A stretch of DNA of 64,000 nucleotides, from assembly GCA_010909165.1 (NCBI GenBank), contig MU008161.1, positions 2,108,001 to 2,172,000 of the forward strand, given 5' to 3'. Every line of letters begins with the position of its first letter. Position 1 is the first letter of the stretch. Made by a program: the position numbers and the translations under genes. Under the pieces are notes generated by a model. The model worked only from the letters and a program-made list of their open reading frames with translations, was not told the origin of the DNA and did not search any database. This DNA comes from Anthoceros angustus. Taxonomy: Eukaryota > Plantae > Anthocerotophyta. Of the stretch, positions 11,051 to 19,762 are shown piece by piece.

Positions 11051-12901
11051 TTATGCAGAACACCCAACTTTCCTGCACACTTCTCCCTCACACACAAACC
11101 CTTCTTTCCCACCATGTCCAGCACCTTCTTCCTCCCCGGCACCATCTGCACCGGGCACTGCTGCGGGCTTGCTAATCCCTGCACCACAATGGACGTGAAC
11201 ATCGTAGCGGCATTCGTCACAGCGGTAAGCCCAGCGCTGTCCTCCCTGCTCACAAATGTCACACCCGAAAGACCCACCACCGTATGGAACCCTCATAAGC
11301 ACCAGGGGATGCTCGTGGCCGTCGACCGTAACCTCCTTCGCGTGCTTCTGCACCTCCAGATCCTCCTCCTGCTGCAACTCCTCCTCCCGCTCCTTGGTGA
11401 AGGGATAAGCTTTGGCTCCGGAAGCTTCCACCAACGTGGTGCAGTCGAGCGTGACGACAGTCTTCCCATCCGGAGCAAGAATCACCAACGTCGGCACGCC
11501 TTCCACATCAAACCTCGATTCCAGATCCTCCGCATTCTTCCTATCAGCATACGGCAGCGCCAGCCACGGCATCTCCGCGTAGTACCCCCGGAAGCTCTCC
11601 TCGTCCCCGTCACTGGACACGAACACCACCTCAAACGGCTTCCCCTGCTCCTTCAGCTCCTTGTAGACCTTCACCAACTTGGGAGTGAAATCCTGGCATG
11701 GCGGGCACCAGTGCGCCGAGAAGTACAGGCCAACCGTCTTCCCGATCAAGGAGGCAACCTTGGTCTCCTCCCCGGCATGGTTCACCACGAAGTCCCGCTC
11801 CTTCGTCACCAGCGCCTTCTCCAAGCTCCTCCCTGCCAGCTTGATCTGCTCCAGCTCCGCGATCCTCTCCGGTGTGAACGGGAATCCCTCGGCTCCATAC
11901 CTCATCACCAGGCCCACGGCGTTACTGCGCGCCGTCTTGCCGTGCTCATCCAGCAGCACCAGGTTAGGGATACCGCAGACGTCGAAGAAGTTGTTCAGAC
12001 GGGACTTGGTGCGCTGATCCGAGAAAGGAACCGCCAGCCATGGCATTGTGTCGAGGTATTCCTTGAAGGCCTCTTCATGCTCATCTCCCGACACAAATAC
12101 CACCTCCAGATCCCGCTTCTCCTCCTTCAGCTTCTTGTAAACCTCCGCCAGTGCCGGCGTGAACCTCCGGCACGGCGGACACCAGTGCGCGGAGAAGTAG
12201 ATCGCCACCGGCTTCCCGTCCAGATCCGAAATCTTCACCTTGCTTCCATCAGCTCGGACAAGAAAATCCCTCCCTTCTTCCGGCAAGAACAAGGACTGAA
12301 GCGTCTGATTCGCCTTCATCTTCGCCATCTCCTCCTCCAGCTCCTGCACCCGCTCGTCCGAGAAGGGGAAGGCATCGGCTCCCCATTTCTCCACGATCGG
12401 CCACGCCGGCTGGCTGCTGAACCTGCCGTCGGCTCCCACGAACGAGAGGCTGAAGATCCCCAGCCGGAACAGCTCCTCAACCTTGCCGCGGACGGCGCCG
12501 CTTCCGAGCGGCACTGCCAGCCATCCGGCGGGCATCTTCTGCAGCACATCCTTGAAGGACTCCTCGTCCGGTCTCCGATCTACCTGACTGCCTTCTCCGT
12601 ACTCCTCCAGGGACTGGATCACGCTCTCGTTGCGATCCACAGTGGAGTACAGGATCGCCAGCGGTTTGCCCTGCTCGGCCAGCGATGCGTACAGATCCAC
12701 GAGCAAAGACACTGCCTGGATCAGGCGAGAAGGCAGCCAGTGCGGCCCGACCACAAATCCAACCACCTTCCCTTTGATTTCATCGTACTTGAACTCCTTT
12801 CCAGCTCCATCCACCAGCACATCCCCGTCCCCAGGAAATAGCAAGCTCTGCAAATCCACCACAGTTACCTTTGCATCATCCTTCCCCTGCTCCAGCTCCA
12901 T
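11051..12901 (-). CDS. NRX1: Nucleoredoxin (three thioredoxin-like modules plus C-terminal Cys/His C1-like domain), intronless
   Basis: FSAHWCPPC occurs twice, followed by HEHPL..CDICE..YRCDECRYDVHVHC and terminal EGFVCEGEVCRK. ATG of MELEQ is at 12901 inside the 669 aa ORF. Confidence 0.92.
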   Translation of the reverse strand: MELEQGKDDAKVTVVDLQSLLFPGDGDVLVDGAGKEFKYDEIKGKVVGFVVGPHWLPSRLIQAVSLLVDLYASLAEQGKPLAILYSTVDRNESVIQSLEEYGEGSQVDRRPDEESFKDVLQKMPAGWLAVPLGSGAVRGKVEELFRLGIFSLSFVGADGRFSSQPAWPIVEKWGADAFPFSDERVQELEEEMAKMKANQTLQSLFLPEEGRDFLVRADGSKVKISDLDGKPVAIYFSAHWCPPCRRFTPALAEVYKKLKEEKRDLEVVFVSGDEHEEAFKEYLDTMPWLAVPFSDQRTKSRLNNFFDVCGIPNLVLLDEHGKTARSNAVGLVMRYGAEGFPFTPERIAELEQIKLAGRSLEKALVTKERDFVVNHAGEETKVASLIGKTVGLYFSAHWCPPCQDFTPKLVKVYKELKEQGKPFEVVFVSSDGDEESFRGYYAEMPWLALPYADRKNAEDLESRFDVEGVPTLVILAPDGKTVVTLDCTTLVEASGAKAYPFTKEREEELQQEEDLEVQKHAKEVTVDGHEHPLVLMRVPYGGGSFGCDICEQGGQRWAYRCDECRYDVHVHCGAGISKPAAVPGADGAGEEEGAGHGGKEGFVCEGEVCRKVGCSA

Positions 12902-13145
12902 CTCCACCAAGCCCCAGCAATTCACACAAATGCAACCCAAATTCGGATCTGGAAGCCAATATAGCGCACTGCAATCAGTCAAGGAGTCAAGGAAGTCACC
13001 GAGGCAATGGAAGAAGAAGTCTATTAAGGATAAGAAACAATAGAATTTACTGGAGGGCAAAACTTAATCACGTTTCCCCATTGTGAAACTGATCCGCCTA
13101 CGTCTACGGGGTGCTTAACTTTGTGGTTCTAATTGTCATCCTCAT

Positions 13146-13870
13146 ACAACAACAACAAGTTTATTTATGTTCACTAAGGGTGGAAGCACCACCTTGGGAT
13201 CTAGATAATATAACATAAAAAGATAAAAATAAGAGGATGCATACCTTATCTTAATGAGATAGTAACTCTTTGAGATAATAGAACCATAAAGAGGTAAAAC
13301 TTATAAGAGATGAAAAGAGGCAAAAGCTTAAAGAGTCGAACAAGGCCTGTCGATGATCAAGAAGCTTGGAAAGACAAAGGATAAAGGCCAGGGAACTTAA
13401 GGATATGAAAAGAGAAAAATCTACATTATAAAAAATTCAGCACCCAAAAAAAGATGAGTGTATCGAGCCTGAATGTCAGCATAAAATAGCATAATAGGAA
13501 ATGCATTTTACATTTAGAATCCAGAGAGCACGACTTGCATATTCATTCTACCTAGGGAGGTATGAGGTTAAGTCAACGATCAGTTTCAATCGAAGGTGAT
13601 AGGAGTGAACATAGAATTGACCAATGACTATACGGAGTTTGAAAGAAAGAGGAACTAAGGTAGTATGGGAGTGCTAGGAAACCAAGAGGAGGATTGACAC
13701 AAAACTCCTCCTTGTAAACTTTTAAGGCCAAACGGTCAAGGGAAAAAGAAGAGTAAAAATAATCTTGGGCACTTGAAAGCCGGATTTCAAGGGATAAGGA
13801 AGGAGAGGATAGTAGTAGAAGTAGTAGTATATTAAAATCTACTAAGGATGGAATTTCCATCATGGGGCTG
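13146..13870 (-). mobile_element. 5'-truncated non-LTR retrotransposon (RTEX/L2-group-like) 3' end with (TTG)n tail
   Basis: Tail CAACAACAACAAG-TTTATTTATG on the + strand. Degenerate SIETDR and KMHFL..YADIQARY segments are homologous to the 38 kb copy. Confidence 0.7.
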
Positions 13871-14009
13871 AAAAAACAAATATACAGAAAAGTATTGAAG
13901 TTTAACTGCTATTCTGAATTTCCTAAGTACTAGTAGTGTGAAGTAGTAAATCAAATATCTAGGAGGTTGAAAGACTGGATATATTCTGTCCTATAATTCC
14001 ACATTTGTT

Positions 14010-14420
14010 TCAAGCAAACACCTGTAAGAACAGGGTCAGGAAAAGAGAGGAAACTTTGGAGCAAAGATCAAGCTGCCATGAATAAGTTGACAAAAGCATT
14101 CCTGATATCCTCATAGATGGGGCATACGAAAGCAAAGTGTTCCTTTGTCTCAACTTCCTTGTTCCATAATTTGCATATTCTGGTCTCCTTATGTGGCTTG
14201 GGATGCAGCCACCTATCAGTCTCAATCTTGAGAAGGTGAGACCCCACACGAAAATGACCTATAATCATCCTAAGGTTGAAAGACACATGGTTGCGAAAAT
14301 AGAGTGGAAGCAAGGGTCTCCTAGATTTGGAGAGAATGAGGAAAATTTGTTTGTAAGTCTGGAGTTTAGTGGGTAAGGATAGCATTGGGTAAGTTATCCA
14401 TCCATTCATTTTTGCTATCC
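14010..14420 (-). mobile_element. Second non-LTR retrotransposon fragment, same family
   Basis: FRVGSHLLKIETDRWLHPKPHKETRICKLW..ETKEHFAFVCPIYEDIR, the C-terminal Zn-finger-like region of a LINE ORF2. Confidence 0.75.
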
Positions 14421-14441
14421 ATTCAAAACTCCAGGTTGATC

Positions 14442-14638
14442 GGCACCCCATCCTAATACTGATCCACACCCAGGGTGCGAATAACGCCATCCTAGTATTG
14501 ATCCACACCCAGGGTGCCAATAACGCCATCCTAGTACTGATCGACACCCAAGGTACTAACAATTTAGCACCCCATCCTAGTACTGATCCACACCCTGGTT
14601 AGCACCCCATCCTAATACTTATTCTCACCTAGGGTGCT
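14442..14638. repeat. Minisatellite, ~39 bp unit (CCATCCTAGTACTGATCCACACCCAGGGTGC..) x5
   Basis: Direct inspection. Confidence 0.85.
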
Positions 14639-15548
14639 TAACCGTGGAACTCTTATCGAGGTGGTATCCAACTCACCTATCTGAATTGCTTGTCTAAATA
14701 GAAAATTGAAGAGTATTTGTATGGTGTTTTGGCATGCAACCCATTGAACTTAGAGATTTCACTAATCACGATCTAAGCAAGCAGAGTGTGTTAACCTTGA
14801 TTAAGGGTTGTGACTTAGCCACTCACCACATTGGATTGCATGCCTGGACATACTCGATCCGGACGAAGCTACCAATCAGGTAGTCCATTAGAGCAAATTC
14901 AAAGTCTCGACCAAGAGAGAGAAGTACGAACACCTTGATTTTGGTACCAACGAAGGATGCAGAGGAACCCAGCGACTCAATCAACAATCTTTGAAGGATC
15001 TGAGAGTAACAACACACAAGACACGTCATTACCGTCGGGATAACTCAACGGAAGCGACAACGGAGAGGACTTGTCTCTAGGGATGCGGAGGTCAGAGTGG
15101 AGAAGCTAGAGACAACTCCTCTCCGCTGTCGCTTCTGCTGAGTTATCCCGACGGCACTAACGTGTTTTGTGTGTTGCCACTCTCAGATCCTTTAAAGATT
15201 GTTGAGTGAGTCGTTGGGCTCCTCTGCATCCTTCGGTGGTACCAAAATCGAGGTGTTCGCATTTCCTGGTCGAGATCAATTCCCGATGGATCGGCTGGTC
15301 GTCCGATCAAGTATGTCCAGGCATGCACTCCAACGTGGTGAGTGGCTAAGTCACAACCCTTAATCAAGGTTAACACACTCTGTTTTCTTAGATCGTGATT
15401 AGTGAAACTTCTAAGTATCAATGGGTTGCGTGCCTATACACCATACAAATACTCTTCAATCTCCTATTTAGACAAGGAATTGAGATGAGTGAGTTGGATA
15501 CCACCTCGATAAGAACTCTGCGATAAAGCACCCTGGGTGCGGATGGGG
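14605..15548. repeat. Long inverted repeat / foldback, arms ~470 bp, spacer ~25 bp
   Basis: Left arm ..GTGTTAACCTTGATTAAGGGTTGTGACTTAGCCACTCACC.. and ..GGAGAGGACTTGTCTCTAG are mirrored by CTAGAGACAACTCCTCTCC.. and ..GGTGAGTGGCTAAGTCACAACCCTTAATCAAGGTTAACAC. Spacer at about 15081-15105. Confidence 0.92.
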
Positions 15549-15551
15549 CAT

Positions 15552-15682
15552 TGCTCACCCAATCAAGAGTAGGCACACCCAACATACCACGAAACCGAAA
15601 CCGCTTGGTTTGGGGCATCACTCACCCAATCAAGGGTAGGCACACCCAACATACCACGAAACCGGAAACCGCTTGGTTTGGA
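15552..15682. repeat. ~65 bp tandem duplication
   Basis: CTCACCCAATCAAG.GTAGGCACACCCAACATACCACGAAACCG..AACCGCTTGGTTTGG occurs twice. Confidence 0.85.
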
Positions 15683-15967
15683 AAAAGTGTTCATGCACGA
15701 TTGGACATTAGCCAAGGTGATGTATGGTAGATGTCCCGTCCTAATGGACATTCATCTTGTGATGAAGTGTCCGTAAGGCCATAGTCTTGGCCTTTGGAGA
15801 TAAATAGGAATGCCTCAGGACCATTACTGAAAATACAACTGCCCGAGGCACCATTTACTAAAAATATAATTGCTAATAGGATAACCACTAGATCCATAGT
15901 TTGTTACAACAAAGGTTTCTTTGACATTACTTCTTCTGAAAGGGACACAGTGCTGATAATGTTGACC

Positions 15968-16136
15968 TTACTTAGCCAAGCCCAAACGTCTATAGAATAA
16001 AATGAAGTGATTACTATTTATACCCTAAGAGTTTAACAACCAACATACACAAATCTCTCTACTTAGCCAAGCCCAAACGTCTATAGAATAAAATGAAGTG
16101 ATTACTCTTTATACCCTAAGAGTTTAACAACCAACT
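15968..16136. repeat. ~91 bp direct duplication
   Basis: TACTTAGCCAAGCCCAAACGTCTATAGAATAAAATGAAGTGATTACT..TACCCTAAGAGTTTAACAACCAAC occurs twice. Confidence 0.85.
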
Positions 16137-16379
16137 AGGACACGATAGCCCTTATAAGTTATGAATATTATAAATATTATCCTAGATATTATCATATATT
16201 TAGATATTAGAAAAGGGATCTGATCTCCTAACCCATGTATAAGAAACAAACGCTGTGAATAAACTAGAAAAAATGAGATAAGCTATTCTTCGCAATTATG
16301 ATCTCATATTCTGTAATGATTTGACTATTGACAGTCAAAAGCACGTCGCCGACATCGAATGAGAGGATAGTCTATCTTA

Positions 16380-16451
16380 TGCCTCCACTGAGGATCGAAC
16401 TCAGGACCTTCAGTTTACAAGACTGACGCTCTACCACTGAGCTATAAAGGC
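16380..16451 (-). tRNA. tRNA-Thr (anticodon TGT)
   Basis: Reverse complement GCCTTTATAGCTCAGTGGTAGAGCGTCAGTCTTGTAAACTGAAGGTCCTGAGTTCGATCCTCAGTGGAGGCA: acceptor stem, D arm, anticodon loop CTTGTAA and GTTCGA T-loop. Confidence 0.95.
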
Positions 16452-16552
16452 CTCCCTAGCCACCTGATGGCTGAGAACTCGCCATGTACCAATGAAAACA
16501 CGTACCCGTACTGAACGAGTACGTCAGATTTCTGTAGCTGCCTGGCCCTAAA

Positions 16553-19390
16553 CTACATAATCAATCTCAGTCTCCTACCTTCAATCTCTGGGTGCTTTCT
16601 GTCCCGAACCACAAAGGTGTGCACCATCCCGTCCCCATCAGTCCACGAGCTCTGGCCTGGCTCCTTCCATGCCCCGGTTTTTTTCCTCCTCACCTGTATC
16701 TCTTGTGCCCTCTCCCACATCAGGGCACTGGAATATATGTTGGCCATCAGCACATATGCCGAAGCATCCTTTTCGTCTAGCTTCACAGCTTCGTCAAAAG
16801 CATGGCGTCCTACCTCGACGTCCCTCCACTTTTGAGAGGCACCCAACAGAGTGAGCCAAACTGAAATATGAGGCTGTACAGGGATCGTCCTCACCACTGC
16901 AAGTGCCTTGTGAAGTTGGCCAGCACGACTCAGGAGATCCACCATGCATGCATAGTGCTCCATGGTTGGAGTGATGCCATAGTGTGTGCTCATAGCCTCA
17001 AAGTGATCTTGCCCCTTGTTTACTAGACCTGCATGACTGCACACTGTTAGTACATTAAGAAGGGTGACGCTGTCCGGTTGTATGCCATCCTCTTGCATCA
17101 TGTGAACCAAGTATAGGACCATGTCACTGTCTCCTTGACGGGCGTATCCTGAAATCAGCGCATTCCAGCTGACAAGATCTCTCTCAGGCAGTGAGTAAAA
17201 CACTTGCTGTGCATCAACCATGCTCCCAGATTTTGCATACATGTTTATCAAGCTGTTGCCTACATTCTCCTCAGCTAGAAGCCCTTGCTCTTTAATCTGT
17301 CCGTGAAGTTGCCTTCCCATATGCAGAGCTGCCACACTTGCACATGCCTGCAGGAGGGAAACAAATGTCGCAGAATGAGCAGCGATGCCTTCTTCTTCCA
17401 TAGCTCTGTAGAGATCAAAGGCTTCCTGACTCATGCCCTGCTGGGAATATTGAGCTATCAGAGCAGTCCATGTTACCACATTCTTTTCAGGAAGGCTGTC
17501 AAACACAGTCTGAGCATCCTGTAAACTGCCACACTTTGCATACATGTTGACCAAACTGCAGCCTACAACCACGTCAACCTGAATCCCTTGTTCTCCAATC
17601 TGTGCATGAAGCCGCTTCCCCATCTCCAAAGCTGGAGTACCGACAGCTGCACATGCTTGCAGGAGACATACAAATGTTACAGAATCAGGTGCAGCGATAC
17701 CTTCTTCTTGCATAGAAATGTACAGATGAAGGGCTTCCTCACCCATACCCTGCTGGGCATACCCTGCTATCAAGGCAGTCCATGTCACAACATTTCTTTT
17801 TCTAAGTCCATCAAACACGCTCCGAGCATCCTTTAAGCTCCTGCACTTTGCGTACATGTTTATAAGATTGTTGCCTACAGTCACCTCAGCTTGAAGTCCA
17901 CGTTCCTCAATCTCTCGGTGAAGCTCCTTTCCCTTCTCCAATGCTGACGTACCGACACTTGCACATGCCTGCAAGAGACACACAAATGTCACGGAATCGG
18001 GTGCAGCAATGCCTTCTAGCTGCATGATACTGTAAAGTTGAAGTGCTTTGTCACCCATACCCTGCTGGCAATATCCTGCTATCAAAGCGGTCCATGTCAC
18101 CACGGGCTTTTGGGGAAGCTCATCAAAAACACTCTGAGCATCCTTTAGACTGCCACACTTTGCATACATGTTCACGAGGCTACACCCAACAACCACATCA
18201 GCCTGAAGTCCTTGTTCCCTAATCTGTACGTGAAGTTGCTTCCCTTTCTTCAAACCTTCGGTACCTACACTTGCGCAAGCCTGCAGAAGGCACACAAATG
18301 TCACAGAATTGGCTGCAGCAATGCCTTCTTCTTGCATAGCACCGTATAAACGAAAGGCCTCTTGGTCCATGCCCTGCTGTGAGTATCCTGCAATCAGAGC
18401 GGTCCAAGTCACCACATCTTTCCGACATAGTCCGTCAAACACTCTCTGAGCATCTTTCAAGCTGCCGCACTTCGCATACATATCCACCAGGCCATTGCAA
18501 ACATAAGACCCAACCTCAACCCCACTAGCCAACAAATCAGCATGCACCTGCTGCCCACTCTTCAAGTCTGCCGCCCTTGCACAAGCCTGGAGAGCTGCCA
18601 CAAAAACATGCCCATCTGGCTTGTCACTCGACCCTTGCATCTGATGGTACAGATGTATAGCCAGCTTAGCTTCTCCATGTTTCACACATGCAGAAATTAT
18701 AGCAGACCACGTGAACCGATCTGGGTTGGTAACCGCCGAGAAGACAACCATGGCTTCTTCTAACCTGCCATGAGAAACATACATTCTCAGGAGATGATTG
18801 CACAAGAACGTGTCCGACTCATACCCAAACTCCACCATCAGAGCATGAAGACGCCGACCCAGACTCAGATCCTTCTTACCCACACATTTCCTCAGCAGAC
18901 TATACAACACTGGTTTCACACCATCACAGCCTGTCTGTACCAGAACTCCCAGAGCCTCAACGGCCTCATCCAGCTGCCCCTGCTCACATAATTTGCTTAC
19001 GGTGTCAGCCCTAACCCTCGTTTCCAGTCCTGCTGAACTAGGGGCAAGCCGACCCATCTGCATGACCGGGGCAGCCTGCTGAGCCCGGTTGAAATGCTTC
19101 TCAAGCGAATACAAGCCTTTGTCATGCTGCCTGCTATCCCAACCAGGTGATTGGTCCAGAAAATACTGTCGCCCTAAGAGCTCGCCATCGTTAGCCAGAC
19201 ATTTCGCTGTCCGACCAAAGGTCATGGAGCTCATGTTGCATCTCGCGGCTCTCTCGTTTGCAAACGTTTCGGAAATTACTTCCGGGTGGGCGGAAGCTGT
19301 TCCTACAACACCACCAATCCGTTGAGTCCGCCAAACCTGTTCCCCCAACAGGTCCTGTCGCCCTGTTAGCCCAAGGCGCCAAACCGCCAT
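16553..19390 (-). CDS. PLS-class pentatricopeptide repeat protein with E/E+ domain and no DYW; intronless
   Basis: Repeating P-L-S triplets (VVTWTALIAGY..DSVTFVCLLQACA..VGCSLVNMYAKCGSL), E domain (TMEHYACMVDLLSRAG) and PG box KEPGQSSW; stops soon after HPE. First ATG at 19390 (the ORF track starts at a GTG). Confidence 0.95.
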   Translation of the reverse strand: MAVWRLGLTGRQDLLGEQVWRTQRIGGVVGTASAHPEVISETFANERAARCNMSSMTFGRTAKCLANDGELLGRQYFLDQSPGWDSRQHDKGLYSLEKHFNRAQQAAPVMQMGRLAPSSAGLETRVRADTVSKLCEQGQLDEAVEALGVLVQTGCDGVKPVLYSLLRKCVGKKDLSLGRRLHALMVEFGYESDTFLCNHLLRMYVSHGRLEEAMVVFSAVTNPDRFTWSAIISACVKHGEAKLAIHLYHQMQGSSDKPDGHVFVAALQACARAADLKSGQQVHADLLASGVEVGSYVCNGLVDMYAKCGSLKDAQRVFDGLCRKDVVTWTALIAGYSQQGMDQEAFRLYGAMQEEGIAAANSVTFVCLLQACASVGTEGLKKGKQLHVQIREQGLQADVVVGCSLVNMYAKCGSLKDAQSVFDELPQKPVVTWTALIAGYCQQGMGDKALQLYSIMQLEGIAAPDSVTFVCLLQACASVGTSALEKGKELHREIEERGLQAEVTVGNNLINMYAKCRSLKDARSVFDGLRKRNVVTWTALIAGYAQQGMGEEALHLYISMQEEGIAAPDSVTFVCLLQACAAVGTPALEMGKRLHAQIGEQGIQVDVVVGCSLVNMYAKCGSLQDAQTVFDSLPEKNVVTWTALIAQYSQQGMSQEAFDLYRAMEEEGIAAHSATFVSLLQACASVAALHMGRQLHGQIKEQGLLAEENVGNSLINMYAKSGSMVDAQQVFYSLPERDLVSWNALISGYARQGDSDMVLYLVHMMQEDGIQPDSVTLLNVLTVCSHAGLVNKGQDHFEAMSTHYGITPTMEHYACMVDLLSRAGQLHKALAVVRTIPVQPHISVWLTLLGASQKWRDVEVGRHAFDEAVKLDEKDASAYVLMANIYSSALMWERAQEIQVRRKKTGAWKEPGQSSWTDGDGMVHTFVVRDRKHPEIEGRRLRLIM

Positions 19391-19762
19391 GAGCCGGGTA
19401 GGCACACGCTGAACCAGCAGTGCATGCGATCAAGCAAGCATCGGGCCTATGCATCTGGCTGAAGGATGCACCTCGTGCAAAAGCTCATGAAATGTCGATG
19501 TTCGACCCATTCTTCCTAGACTCATGTGAACCCTCTGCCCAAGGCCCAAGGAGGGTAGAAGAATAGGTGCAAAATTACGGACATTCCGATTTTGAGAAAG
19601 GGTGTTTCGTTTAAAGAAAGGAATAAGAATAAGAACGAGGAGCCCGGCTCCTAAGCACGAATTCATGGGGCGATAGGTCTGTAATGGGCTTCCCGATTCC
19701 AAAGCCCAGGCTGGAGACCACATGAACGTCCTTCATGACCATGTTTTCCTCCTTCATGCAGA

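Noticed and set aside
10865-12841. 658 aa + strand ORF
   Set aside because: Antisense shadow of the GC3-biased nucleoredoxin CDS.
13137-14115. ATCCTCATA at 13137 and 14107 as a LINE TSD
   Set aside because: The second occurrence lies inside coding sequence (YED codons) of the second LINE fragment, so it is probably coincidental.
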